Assembly: GCF_036759525.1 (NCBI RefSeq)
Contig: NZ_DAIOUN010000008.1
Coordinates: 10,207-74,206 of the forward strand
Direction of reading: 5' to 3'
Source: Flavobacterium sp.
GTDB taxonomy: Bacteria; Bacteroidota; Bacteroidia; Flavobacteriales; Flavobacteriaceae
Length of the DNA: 64,000 nt
In this document: piece after piece, positions 28,561 through 37,275 of the stretch
How the letters are laid out: every line of letters starts with the position of its first letter
Numbering within the stretch: position 1 is the first letter of the stretch
Translations under genes and position numbers: made by a program
The notes under the pieces: generated by a model
Database searches by the model: none
Told to the model about the DNA's origin: nothing
What the model saw: only the letters and a program-made list of their open reading frames with translations

Positions 28561-29448
28561 ATGTATAGTCCAAAATTCCTTTTCGAGTTTACTAAAGAAC
28601 AGCGAAAAGGAATTTTTGCGTTGTTTTTAATTTTGATAGGCATTCAAGTGCTTTTTTTCTTTGTTATTACGAATCCTCAGTTTGCCTCTACAAAAAACAA
28701 AGAAGATAAGGAATGGATGCAAATGCAATCTGTTGTAGATAGTTTAAAATTGGAGCAATCAAAATCCAAAAAAATCTTTCCTTTTAATCCCAATTTCATT
28801 TCAGACTATAAAGGGTACCAACTAGGAATGTCTAAGATTGAGTTAGATAAATTGTTTGCCTTTCGAAAACAAAATAGGTATGTGAATTCTGCCAAAGAAT
28901 TTCAAGAAGTTACAGGTGTATCAGATAGTTTGCTTCAAGCCATTCAGCCTTATTTTAAATTTCCGGATTGGGTAAATGATAAAAATAAAAAGAGGTTTGA
29001 AAATACAGTTTTCAAAAATGGGAACTCAAATACATCTACAAAACCCGTTCAAATTATAGATTTAAATCAGGCTACACAAGAAGATTTTATCAAGATTTAC
29101 GGAATCGGTCCGGCATTGTCTGAACGAATTCTAAAATATAAAGAGAGTTTAGGAGGGTTTGTGCATGTAGATCAATTGAATGATGTTTGGGGATTAAATA
29201 CTGATGTTTTAGTCAAACTAAAATCAAATTTCCAAATAGTAAGAATGCCAAATGTGCCAAAATACAGAATTAACGACTTGTCTCTAAAGGAATTAATGAA
29301 GTTTCCTTATTTTAATTATGCCATAGCCAAAGAAATAGTGACCTACAGAAGTATGAATGGTGACCTTAAAAGTATTGAGGATTTAACAAAAATTAAAGGA
29401 ATTTCTGTTGAAAAAATAAATATTATTGCCTTATATTTGGAATTCTAA
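28561..29448 (+). CDS. Membrane-anchored ComEA-like protein with three helix-hairpin-helix modules
   Basis: One N-terminal TM helix is present. The central canonical module is IDLNQATQEDFIKIYGIGPALSERILKY. Two degenerate copies flank it. Confidence 0.75.
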   Translation: MYSPKFLFEFTKEQRKGIFALFLILIGIQVLFFFVITNPQFASTKNKEDKEWMQMQSVVDSLKLEQSKSKKIFPFNPNFISDYKGYQLGMSKIELDKLFAFRKQNRYVNSAKEFQEVTGVSDSLLQAIQPYFKFPDWVNDKNKKRFENTVFKNGNSNTSTKPVQIIDLNQATQEDFIKIYGIGPALSERILKYKESLGGFVHVDQLNDVWGLNTDVLVKLKSNFQIVRMPNVPKYRINDLSLKELMKFPYFNYAIAKEIVTYRSMNGDLKSIEDLTKIKGISVEKINIIALYLEF

Positions 29449-29478
29449 AAAAATTCAATTCTAGAATCTTAAATATTT

Positions 29479-30648
29479 ATGAATTCAACATACTTCACAG
29501 AAGAGCATCAGCTTTTCAGAGCAACATTTCGTGATTTTTTACAGAAAGAAGTTGTACCTCACATTGAAAAATGGGAAAAATCGGGAACTATTGATCGATT
29601 TATATGGAAAAAATTTGGTGAGATGGGGTTTTTTGGCCTGACATATCCAGAGAAGTATGGGGGTTTAAATTTGGATTTGTTTTATACCGTAGTATTTCTT
29701 GAAGAACTTCAAAAGATTAAATCTGCCGGTTTTGCTGCTGCCATGTGGGCACATGCTTATTTGGCTATGACACATCTCAATGCAGAAGGGGATGAAAAAA
29801 TAAAGCAAGACTATTTAGCACCCAGTATTTCGGGGGATAAAATTGGAGCTTTGTGTATTACAGAGCCTTTTGGTGGGAGTGATGTTGCTGGTATGCGAAC
29901 AACTGCTGAAAAGAAAGGTCAAAATTATGTGCTGAATGGTTCCAAAACATTTATTACCAATGGAGTTTACGCTGATTATTATGTTGTAGCTGCTAAAACT
30001 TCTCCCGATAAGGGCAACAAAGGAATCAGTATTTTTTTAGTAGACACTTCAACGCCCGGAATACAGGCAACTAAATTAGATAAGCTGGGTTGGCGGGCAT
30101 CAGATACAGCTGAAATTGCATTTGACAATGTGGTTGTACCGGCTCAAAATTTAATGGGAGAGGAAAACAAAGGCTTTCCTTATATCATGCAACATTTTGC
30201 TCTCGAGAGATTAATAATGGGTATCAACGCACATGCCAGAGCCGAATATGCGATTGATTATACCATAGAATATATGTCGCAACGAGAAGCTTTTGGGAGA
30301 ACGATTGATAAATTTCAAGCCCTAAGACATAAGCTGGTTGAACATGCTACAGATGTTGAACATTGTAAGGTCTTTAATTATATTACTATTGATAGATTAA
30401 ATAGGGGGGAATATGTCGTGAAAGAAGCTACTATGTCTAAATTAAAATCAACCAAAGTTGCAGATGAAACTATTTACAGTTGTTTGCAAATGCTAGGGGG
30501 GTATGGTTATATGGAAGAGTACCCTTTAGCACGAATGTTTAGAGACAGTAGATTGGGCCCAATAGGAGGCGGAACATCGGAGATACTCAAAGAGATTCTT
30601 TCAAAAATGATTATAGATAAGCAAAATTATAAACCAGCAGTAGAATAA
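29479..30648 (+). CDS. Acyl-CoA dehydrogenase
   Basis: ...CITEPFGGSDVAGMRTTAEKKGQNYVLNGSKTFITNG... and the C-terminal ...GGGTSEILKEIL are ACAD signatures. Confidence 0.9.
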   Translation: MNSTYFTEEHQLFRATFRDFLQKEVVPHIEKWEKSGTIDRFIWKKFGEMGFFGLTYPEKYGGLNLDLFYTVVFLEELQKIKSAGFAAAMWAHAYLAMTHLNAEGDEKIKQDYLAPSISGDKIGALCITEPFGGSDVAGMRTTAEKKGQNYVLNGSKTFITNGVYADYYVVAAKTSPDKGNKGISIFLVDTSTPGIQATKLDKLGWRASDTAEIAFDNVVVPAQNLMGEENKGFPYIMQHFALERLIMGINAHARAEYAIDYTIEYMSQREAFGRTIDKFQALRHKLVEHATDVEHCKVFNYITIDRLNRGEYVVKEATMSKLKSTKVADETIYSCLQMLGGYGYMEEYPLARMFRDSRLGPIGGGTSEILKEILSKMIIDKQNYKPAVE

Positions 30649-30719
30649 TTCATAGCCAAAACAAAAAGATTTTCTTTAAAATTTATTCAAAATTTATATT
30701 CTAAAATAAAAAATAGTAT

Positions 30720-30727
30720 TAGCTTTG
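30720..30727 (+). promoter_or_regulatory. -7 promoter box (TAgcTTTG) for rpsU
   Basis: Exact TAnnTTTG match, 31 nt upstream of the ATG at 30759. Confidence 0.45.
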
Positions 30728-30742
30728 CACCCACTAAATGAG

Positions 30743-30750
30743 AGGAGGTG
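30743..30750 (+). promoter_or_regulatory. Strong Shine-Dalgarno element (AGGAGGTG) of rpsU
   Basis: 8 nt are complementary to the canonical 16S 3' tail CACCUCCU, with an 8-nt spacer to the ATG. No comparable element precedes any other gene start I inspected in the window. Confidence 0.6.
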
Positions 30751-30758
30751 TCTAGATT

Positions 30759-30953
30759 ATGTTAATTATACCCATTAAAGACGGAGAAAATATAGATAGA
30801 GCGTTAAAACGTTACAAGCGAAAATTTGATAAAACCGGAACGGTTCGTCAACTAAGAGCACGTCAAGCTTTTATAAAACCTTCTGTAGTTCGTAGAGCTC
30901 AAATTCAGAAAGCTCAATACATTCAAACCTTGAAAGACAGCGTTGAAATGTAG
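30759..30953 (+). CDS. rpsU: 30S ribosomal protein bS21
   Basis: A 64 aa basic protein, MLIIPIKDGENIDRALKRYKRKFDKTGTVRQLRARQAFIKPS... Confidence 0.92.
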   Translation: MLIIPIKDGENIDRALKRYKRKFDKTGTVRQLRARQAFIKPSVVRRAQIQKAQYIQTLKDSVEM

Positions 30954-30976
30954 AAAAGTTTTTTTAATCAATATAG

Positions 30977-31022
30977 CCGTTAGTTCTAAAAGTTTAATAA
31001 CTTTGAAGCTAACGGTTTTTTT
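30977..31022 (+). terminator. Imperfect long hairpin plus T7 after rpsU (terminator or attenuator)
   Basis: The outer stem is CCGTTAG...CTAACGG and the inner stem is AAAGTT/AACTTT. It is followed by TTTTTTT, which abuts the xerC-like ATG. Confidence 0.5.
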
Positions 31023-31913
31023 ATGCAATCCAATCAACAGGCTTTTGAACAGTATTTATCCGGGCAGAAAAAATATTCTTCCCATACGGTTAGGGCTTAC
31101 ACCAAAGATCTGGCAGATTTTTCAAGTTTTATTTCTGTAAATTATGATCAATCTACTCTGGATGATGTAAATTACAGTCAAATACGATCTTGGGTTGTAG
31201 CCTTGATTGAATCCGGAAATTCCCCCACAAGTGTTAATCGTAAAATAGCTTCCCTCAAAAGTTATTTTAAATTTCTTTTACGAATAAAGCAAATTTCAGA
31301 AAATCCACTCGTTAAGCATAAGTCATTAAAAACTCCAAAAAAACTTCAAATTCCTTTTTCCGAAAAAGAATTAGATCAAGTACTCAATTATATAACCTAT
31401 CCCGAAGGCTTTGAAGGAGTAAGAGACAAGCTCATCATAGAATTGTTTTACACAACGGGTATGCGAAGGGCAGAGTTAATTGGTTTAAAAGTCAGTTCTG
31501 TTAATACCAATGACTGTACTGTAAAAATTTTAGGTAAGAGAAACAAAGAACGAATAGTACCCTTGTTACAAAGTGTTTGCCAAAACATACAAGAATATCT
31601 CAAAGAACGTGAAAAGATTGATACCTATAAAAGTGAGTATTTGTTCTTAACCCAAAAAGGTGTTAAATTAAATGACACGTTTGTATATCGGATAATAAAT
31701 TTGTACTTTAGTGGTGTATCTGAAAAGGTAAAAAAAAGTCCCCATATTTTGCGACACACGTTTGCAACGCACTTATTAAATAATGGGGCAGATTTAAATT
31801 CTGTAAAAGAGCTGTTAGGACATTCTAGTTTGGCATCTACACAAGTATATACGCACAGCAGTTTAGCTGAAATCAAAAAAGTATACCAAGAGGCACATCC
31901 AAGAAACCGGTAA
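31023..31913 (+). CDS. Tyrosine recombinase, XerC/XerD family
   Basis: There is an N-terminal SAM-like core-binding domain. The catalytic residues appear in ...GMRRAEL..., HILRHTFATHLL and LGHSSLASTQVYTH. Confidence 0.88.
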   Translation: MQSNQQAFEQYLSGQKKYSSHTVRAYTKDLADFSSFISVNYDQSTLDDVNYSQIRSWVVALIESGNSPTSVNRKIASLKSYFKFLLRIKQISENPLVKHKSLKTPKKLQIPFSEKELDQVLNYITYPEGFEGVRDKLIIELFYTTGMRRAELIGLKVSSVNTNDCTVKILGKRNKERIVPLLQSVCQNIQEYLKEREKIDTYKSEYLFLTQKGVKLNDTFVYRIINLYFSGVSEKVKKSPHILRHTFATHLLNNGADLNSVKELLGHSSLASTQVYTHSSLAEIKKVYQEAHPRNR

Positions 31914-31951
31914 CCTATACTCTTTAAATGTTCAACTTTAAAATTTTTATT

Positions 31952-32254
31952 ATGAAGGTCAATGTTCATGCCGTTAATTTCAATGTAGACAGAAAATTAG
32001 TCGATTTCATTCAAGAGCGATTTGATAAACTTGAAAAGTATTATGATAAGGTAGTGGTTGCAGATGTCTATTTAAAAGTAGAGTCTACCAGTGAAAAAGA
32101 AAATAAAATAGTAGAGGCTAAAATACATGTTCCAGGCGATGATTTTATTGTAAAAAAACAATGTAAATCCTTTGAAGAGGCTGTTGATTTATCTGGTGAA
32201 GCAATGGAACGATTGTTGCTCAAAAGAAAGGAAAAAATAAGAACTCATATTTAA
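31952..32254 (+). CDS. hpf: Ribosome hibernation-promoting factor / RaiA family (short form)
   Basis: MKVNVHAVNFNVDRKLVDFIQERFDKLEKYY... is a typical HPF N-terminus. I preferred the start at 31952 to the track's 31928. Confidence 0.85.
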   Translation: MKVNVHAVNFNVDRKLVDFIQERFDKLEKYYDKVVVADVYLKVESTSEKENKIVEAKIHVPGDDFIVKKQCKSFEEAVDLSGEAMERLLLKRKEKIRTHI

Positions 32255-32307
32255 AACAATTTTTTTAAAAAAATGTTTTGATTAACAAATAAAATCTATA
32301 CATTTGC

Positions 32308-32336
32308 AGTCCGTTAGAAATAGCGGACTTTTTTTA
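32308..32336 (+). terminator. Hairpin plus T8 after hpf
   Basis: (A)GTCCG / CGGAC(T) stem with a 10-nt loop, followed by TTTTTTT. A TAcaTTTG box (32299-32306) sits immediately 5' of it. Confidence 0.55.
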
Positions 32337-32345
32337 TTGAGTAAT

Positions 32346-32419
32346 GCCGGTGTAGCTCAGCTGGCTAGAGCAGCTGATTTGTAATCAGCAGGTCGTGGGT
32401 TCGAGTCCCTCCATCGGCT
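32346..32419 (+). tRNA. tRNA-Thr (anticodon TGT)
   Basis: I folded the cloverleaf by hand. The acceptor stem is GCCGGTG/CATCGGC and the anticodon arm is GCTGA-TTTGTAA-TCAGC. The T-loop is TTCGAGT; as I fold it, the T stem has one T:T mismatch. Confidence 0.88.
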
Positions 32420-32498
32420 CAATTTAAAAAAAACACAAAAATGTTTTGTAAGTTTTTACTTCACAACATTTGAGTTCATTAAAAGTTTGAAAATTTGA

Positions 32499-32579
32499 GG
32501 GGAGATACTCAAGCGGCCAACGAGGACGGACTGTAAATCCGTTGGGAAACCTTCGCAGGTTCGAATCCTGCTCTCCCCA
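32499..32579 (+). tRNA. tRNA-Tyr (anticodon GTA), long variable arm
   Basis: The acceptor stem is GGGGAGA/TCTCCCC and the anticodon arm is ACGGA-CTGTAAA-TCCGT. The T arm is GCAGG-TTCGAAT-CCTGC. A 12-nt variable arm brings the length to 81 nt. Confidence 0.9.
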
Positions 32580-32609
32580 CAATTTAAACTGCAATTAATG
32601 AAATTTCCT

Positions 32610-32681
32610 GCCGGTGTAGCTCAGGGGTAGAGTGCTTCCTTGGTAAGGAAGAGGTCACGGGTTCAAATCCCGTCATTGGCT
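32610..32681 (+). tRNA. tRNA-Thr (anticodon GGT)
   Basis: The acceptor stem is GCCGGTG/CATTGGC and the anticodon arm is CTTCC-TTGGTAA-GGAAG. The T arm is ACGGG-TTCAAAT-CCCGT. Confidence 0.9.
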
Positions 32682-32735
32682 CAAAATTGAATGATTTTAA
32701 CACTATTATATAACTAAGATTAAAAATTAAGTAAA

Positions 32736-33923
32736 ATGGCAAAAGAAAATTTTAATCGTTCCAAACCACACTTAAATATAGGTACAATTGGACACGTAGA
32801 TCACGGTAAAACTACTTTAACTGCGGCAATTACTAAAGTATTGTCTGAAAAAGGTTTCTGTCAAGCAAAATCGTTTGATCAAATTGACAACGCTCCTGAG
32901 GAGAAAGAAAGAGGTATTACTATTAATACTTCTCACGTAGAGTATGAAACAGCTAACCGTCACTACGCTCACGTTGACTGTCCTGGTCACGCGGATTACG
33001 TTAAAAACATGGTTACTGGTGCTGCTCAAATGGACGGTGCTATCTTAGTAGTTGCTGCTACAGATGGTCCAATGCCACAAACTCGTGAGCACATCCTTTT
33101 AGGTCGTCAAGTAGGTATTCCAAGAATCGTTGTATTCATGAACAAAGTGGATATGGTTGATGATGCTGAGCTTTTAGAGTTGGTTGAAATGGAAATCAGA
33201 GATTTGTTATCATTCTATGAATATGATGGAGATAACGGTCCTGTTATTCAAGGTTCTGCTTTAGGAGGATTGAATGGAGATGCTAAATGGGTAGAGAAAA
33301 TCATGGAGTTAATGGATGCTGTTGATGCTTGGATTGAAGAGCCAGTGCGTGACAATGCAAAACCATTCTTGATGCCTGTTGAAGACGTATTTACAATTAC
33401 AGGTCGTGGAACTGTTGCTACAGGTCGTATCGAAACTGGTGTTGCTAATACAGGAGACCCAGTTGAAATCATCGGTATGGGTGCAGACAAATTGACTTCT
33501 ACTATTACAGGAGTTGAGATGTTCCGTAAAATCCTTGATAGAGGTGAGGCTGGAGATAACGTAGGTCTTTTGTTGAGAGGTATTGACAAAGCTGATATCC
33601 GTAGAGGTATGGTAATTTGTAAGCCAGGTTCAGTAAAACCACACGCTAAATTTAAAGCTGAGGTTTATATCTTGAAAAAAGAAGAAGGTGGTCGTCACAC
33701 TCCATTCCACAACAACTACCGTCCACAGTTCTATGTAAGAACAACTGACGTAACTGGTACAATTTCTTTACCAGCTGGAGTTGAAATGGTAATGCCAGGT
33801 GATAACTTAACTATCAATGTAGATTTGTTAAGCCCTATCGCTCTTAACATTGGTTTGCGTTTTGCAATCCGTGAAGGAGGTAGAACTGTAGGTGCTGGTC
33901 AGGTTACTGAAATTCTAGACTAA
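32736..33923 (+). CDS. tuf: Elongation factor Tu
   Basis: The GTPase motifs [14 protein letters not shown] and NKVD are present. The length is 395 aa. Confidence 0.98.
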   Translation: MAKENFNRSKPHLNIGTIGHVDHGKTTLTAAITKVLSEKGFCQAKSFDQIDNAPEEKERGITINTSHVEYETANRHYAHVDCPGHADYVKNMVTGAAQMDGAILVVAATDGPMPQTREHILLGRQVGIPRIVVFMNKVDMVDDAELLELVEMEIRDLLSFYEYDGDNGPVIQGSALGGLNGDAKWVEKIMELMDAVDAWIEEPVRDNAKPFLMPVEDVFTITGRGTVATGRIETGVANTGDPVEIIGMGADKLTSTITGVEMFRKILDRGEAGDNVGLLLRGIDKADIRRGMVICKPGSVKPHAKFKAEVYILKKEEGGRHTPFHNNYRPQFYVRTTDVTGTISLPAGVEMVMPGDNLTINVDLLSPIALNIGLRFAIREGGRTVGAGQVTEILD

Positions 33924-33941
33924 TTTAGGCAAATATTTAAG

Positions 33942-33976
33942 GCCAGCTAGAATTCACTCGAATTCTGCTGGCTTTT
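33942..33976 (+). terminator. Strong hairpin plus T4 after tuf (terminator or processing structure ahead of tRNA-Trp)
   Basis: GCCAGC(T)AGAATTC-ACTC-GAATTCTGCTGGC gives 13 bp with one bulge, followed by TTTT. Confidence 0.55.
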
Positions 33977-33981
33977 AACAA

Positions 33982-34052
33982 ACGGGTGTAGTTCAAGGGT
34001 AGAATAGCGGTCTCCAAAACCGTTGATGGGAGTTCGAATCTCTCCATCCGTG
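33982..34052 (+). tRNA. tRNA-Trp (anticodon CCA)
   Basis: The acceptor stem is ACGGGTG/CATCCGT and the anticodon arm is GCGGT-CTCCAAA-ACCGT. The T arm is GGGAG-TTCGAAT-CTCTC. Confidence 0.9.
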
Positions 34053-34067
34053 CAAAAACGAATAATA

Positions 34068-34265
34068 ATGACAAAAGTTGTTAATTACATAACAGAAGCT
34101 TTCGAAGAACTAAAGTCTAATGTAACTTGGTTGCCTTGGTCAGAAGTACAGCGTTACACAATTATAGTTGCAGTATTTACTATAGTTTTTTCTTTAGCAA
34201 CTTGGGGAACAGATGAAGTTTTCAGAAAAGTTATATCTGGATTTTTTAATTTGATAAAAGGTTAA
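34068..34265 (+). CDS. secE: Preprotein translocase subunit SecE
   Basis: A 65 aa protein with a single TM helix (YTIIVAVFTIVFSLATWG), in the conserved position between tRNA-Trp and nusG. The track ORF (34023) begins inside the tRNA, so I used the internal ATG at 34068. Confidence 0.85.
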   Translation: MTKVVNYITEAFEELKSNVTWLPWSEVQRYTIIVAVFTIVFSLATWGTDEVFRKVISGFFNLIKG

Positions 34266-34273
34266 TCTCTGTT

Positions 34274-34825
34274 ATGGCTGATAGTAGTTTAAAGAAATGG
34301 TATGTTGTTAGAGCCGTAAGTGGTCAAGAAAATAAGGTGAAGTCTTACATTGAAAATGAAATCAATCGCCTGAATTTATCAGATTACATTGCTCAGGTAC
34401 TTGTGCCAACAGAGAAAGTGGTTCAAGTAAGAGATGGTAAGAAAATTGCTAAAGATAAAGTCTATTTTCCGGGTTATGTGATGATTGAGGCAAATCTAAC
34501 AGGTGAAATCCCACATATTATTAAATCAATCACGGGTGTAATTGGTTTTCTAGGTGAGGTTAAAGGTGGAGACCCTGTGCCATTAAGATTATCAGAGGTG
34601 AACAGAATGTTGGGGAAAGTAGATGAATTAGCTGTAACAACAGACACCCAGAATATTCCTTTTACATTAGGAGAAACTATCAAAGTTATTGATGGACCTT
34701 TCAATGGATTCAATGGAACTGTTGAAAAAATTAATGAAGAAAAGCGTAAACTAGAAGTAATGGTTAAAATTTTCGGAAGAAAAACACCGTTAGAATTAGG
34801 TTTTATGCAAGTCGAAAAAGTATAA
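34274..34825 (+). CDS. nusG: Transcription termination/antitermination factor NusG
   Basis: KWYVVRAVSGQENKV marks the NGN domain. The C-terminal KOW region reads GETIKVIDGPFNGFNGTV. Confidence 0.95.
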   Translation: MADSSLKKWYVVRAVSGQENKVKSYIENEINRLNLSDYIAQVLVPTEKVVQVRDGKKIAKDKVYFPGYVMIEANLTGEIPHIIKSITGVIGFLGEVKGGDPVPLRLSEVNRMLGKVDELAVTTDTQNIPFTLGETIKVIDGPFNGFNGTVEKINEEKRKLEVMVKIFGRKTPLELGFMQVEKV

Positions 34826-34890
34826 TTTGTTACATTATTATAAACCGCATCTTGCTTCCAATTGAGATGTGCTAAATTTTTTAAAACACA

Positions 34891-35328
34891 ATGGCTAAAG
34901 AAGTTAGTAAAGTAGTTAAACTACAAGTTAAGGGAGGTGCCGCGAATCCTTCGCCACCGGTTGGACCTGCTTTGGGAGCTGCTGGGGTTAACATTATGGA
35001 GTTTTGTAAGCAATTTAATGCTAGAACTCAAGATAAACCCGGCAAAGTTTTACCCGTACAAATTACGGTGTACAAAGACAAATCATTTGATTTTGTTGTA
35101 AAAACTCCACCCGCTGCTATCCAGTTATTGGATGCAACAAAGCTTAAGTCAGGTTCAGGTCAACCTAATCGTAAAAAAGTAGCTAGCGTTACTTGGGATC
35201 AAATTAGAACAATTGCCGAAGACAAAATGGTAGATTTAAATGCATTTACTATTGAGTCTGCTATGAGCATGATTGCCGGTACGGCTCGTTCTATGGGTAT
35301 AACTGTAACAGGAGCTGCTCCTTTTTAA
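34891..35328 (+). CDS. rplK: 50S ribosomal protein uL11
   Basis: ...[34 protein letters not shown]... Confidence 0.97.
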   Translation: MAKEVSKVVKLQVKGGAANPSPPVGPALGAAGVNIMEFCKQFNARTQDKPGKVLPVQITVYKDKSFDFVVKTPPAAIQLLDATKLKSGSGQPNRKKVASVTWDQIRTIAEDKMVDLNAFTIESAMSMIAGTARSMGITVTGAAPF

Positions 35329-35342
35329 ATTAAAGAAAAGAC

Positions 35343-36032
35343 ATGGCAAAATTGACAAAAAAGCAAAAAGAAGCTGCAGCTAAAATCGAAAAACATAAGT
35401 TGTATTCCTTAAAAGATGCTTCTGCATTATTAAAGAATGTTGCTTCTGCAAAATTTGATGAATCTGTAGACATTGCAGTACGTTTAGGAGTAGATCCGCG
35501 TAAAGCAAATCAAATGGTAAGAGGTGTAGTAACATTGCCTCACGGTACAGGTAAAGATGTTAGAGTTCTAGCATTGGTAACACCTGATAAAGAAGCTGAA
35601 GCTAAAGCTGCTGGTGCAGACCACGTAGGTTTAGATGATTATCTACAAAAAATAAAAGACGGTTGGACAGATGTTGATGTAATTATCACTATGCCTGCTG
35701 TTATGGGTAAATTAGGTCCATTAGGTCGTGTTTTAGGACCTAGAGGTTTAATGCCAAACCCCAAAACAGGTACCGTAACTATGGATGTTGCAAAAGCTGT
35801 ACAAGAGGTTAAAGCCGGTAAAATTGATTTCAAAGTTGATAAAACAGGAATCGTTCATGCTGGTATTGGAAGAATCTCTTTTGAAGCGGACAAAATCGTT
35901 GACAACGCTCACGAAATTATTCAAACATTAATCAAACTAAAACCAACGGCTGCAAAAGGTACTTATATTAAGTCTATTCACTTATCTAGTACTATGAGTC
36001 CTGCAATCGCTTTAGACCCTAAAGCAGTTTAA
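35343..36032 (+). CDS. rplA: 50S ribosomal protein uL1
   Basis: ...[34 protein letters not shown]... Confidence 0.97.
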   Translation: MAKLTKKQKEAAAKIEKHKLYSLKDASALLKNVASAKFDESVDIAVRLGVDPRKANQMVRGVVTLPHGTGKDVRVLALVTPDKEAEAKAAGADHVGLDDYLQKIKDGWTDVDVIITMPAVMGKLGPLGRVLGPRGLMPNPKTGTVTMDVAKAVQEVKAGKIDFKVDKTGIVHAGIGRISFEADKIVDNAHEIIQTLIKLKPTAAKGTYIKSIHLSSTMSPAIALDPKAV

Positions 36033-36054
36033 TTGGTAGTTAAATAGAAAAATT

Positions 36055-36570
36055 ATGACTAGAGAAGAAAAATCAAGAGTTATTGAAGATTTAACTGCAC
36101 AGTTGGCTAATAGTAATGTTGTCTACATTGCAGATATCTCAAACCTTAATGCTGAAACAACTTCTAATCTTAGAAGAGCTTGTTTTAAAGCCGGTATCCA
36201 ATTGAATGTGGTTAAAAACACTTTGTTGGAAAAAGCTATGCAAGCTTCAGAAAATGATTATGGAGATTTACCTTCAATATTAAAAGGAAATACTTCAATA
36301 TTGATTGCAGAGAACGGAAATGCTCCTGCAAAGATTATTAAAGAATTCCGTAAAAAATCTGATAAACCAATCTTAAAAGGAGCTTACATTTATCAAGCAG
36401 TATTTATTGGTGATAACCAATTGGATGCCCTTGTAGCTCTTAAATCAAAAGAAGAAGTTATTGGAGAAATCATCGGAATCTTACAATCGCCTGCTAAAAA
36501 TGTGGTTTCTGCACTTAAATCTGGTGGAGGAAAAATTGCAGGTATTGTTAAAACCTTATCTGAAAGATAA
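36055..36570 (+). CDS. rplJ: 50S ribosomal protein uL10
   Basis: Its position between rplA and rplL and its ~170 aa length fit uL10, as does the sequence ...LRRACFKAGIQLNVVKNTL... Confidence 0.95.
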   Translation: MTREEKSRVIEDLTAQLANSNVVYIADISNLNAETTSNLRRACFKAGIQLNVVKNTLLEKAMQASENDYGDLPSILKGNTSILIAENGNAPAKIIKEFRKKSDKPILKGAYIYQAVFIGDNQLDALVALKSKEEVIGEIIGILQSPAKNVVSALKSGGGKIAGIVKTLSER

Positions 36571-36632
36571 GAACAACGCGAGAACGCACTTAATAAATTA
36601 TATTTTACAAACTATTTAAATCGATAGAAAAA

Positions 36633-37007
36633 ATGGCAGATTTGAAACAATTCGCAGAACAATTAGTTAACTTAACAGTTAAAGAAGTTAACGAATTAGC
36701 AACAATATTAAAAGATGAGTATGGTATCGAGCCTGCTGCTGCAGCTGTAGTAGTTGCTGCAGGTGGAGGAGATGCTGGTGCTGCTGGTGCTGAGCAAACT
36801 GAATTTACTGTAGTATTAAAAGATGCTGGTGCTTCTAAATTAGGAGTTGTTAAAGCGGTTAAAGAATTAACTGGTTTAGGTCTTAAAGAAGCTAAAGATT
36901 TAGTTGATGCTGCTCCTGCAAATGTAAAAGAAGCAGTTTCTAAAGACGAGGCTGAAGGTCTTAAAAAATCTTTAGAAGAGGCTGGAGCTGTAGTTGAGCT
37001 TAAATAA
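36633..37007 (+). CDS. rplL: 50S ribosomal protein bL12 (L7/L12)
   Basis: An Ala-rich hinge is followed by ...[24 protein letters not shown]... Confidence 0.97.
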   Translation: MADLKQFAEQLVNLTVKEVNELATILKDEYGIEPAAAAVVVAAGGGDAGAAGAEQTEFTVVLKDAGASKLGVVKAVKELTGLGLKEAKDLVDAAPANVKEAVSKDEAEGLKKSLEEAGAVVELK

Positions 37008-37030
37008 GCTAACTTAAGTTTTAAGAACTA

Positions 37031-37073
37031 GGTTTAGGTCTTGAGTTAACCCTCAAAGACCTAAACCATTTTT
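37031..37073 (+). terminator. Strong hairpin plus T5 between rplL and rpoB (attenuator-type terminator)
   Basis: GGTTTAGGTCTTGAG / CTCAAAGACCTAAACC gives 15 bp with one bulge and a 6-nt loop. It is followed by ATTTTT. Confidence 0.7.
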
Positions 37074-37275
37074 CGTATAATAAAATTATATCCAGTTTTA
37101 TTATCATATTAGTTTAATATACGAAAAAAATTTATCATCGTTACGAAGAAATTAGCATCCGTGTTTGAATAACCCAACCGCTAAAGAGATGTATCGATTT
37201 TAATAAAGAAAGTATTCATTAAACAGTGTATTCACACAACAAATTACTTTTTTTTAATCAAAATTTTGTCCATTG

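Noticed and set aside
32420-32498. A weak hairpin ACAAAA-ATG-TTTTGT in the tRNA-Thr/tRNA-Tyr spacer, and a recurring CAATTTAAA after two tRNAs
   Set aside because: The stem is only 6 bp and made of A:U pairs, with no flanking signals. It is most simply tRNA-processing spacer sequence, and the recurring word is short and AT-rich.
31023-32681. A tyrosine recombinase next to a tRNA cluster, which could mark an integrated island or prophage
   Set aside because: - There is no duplicated tRNA 3' segment (att-like direct repeat).
- There are no phage, conjugation or cargo genes.
- There is no compositional break.
- The rpsU-recombinase-hpf-tRNA-tuf order is, to my knowledge, a conserved housekeeping arrangement in Bacteroidota (Xer-type).
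34023-34067. The N-terminal 15 codons of the track's secE ORF (TTG start at 34023)
   Set aside because: This stretch is the 3' half of tRNA-Trp (33982-34052). The internal ATG at 34068 gives a normal-length SecE.
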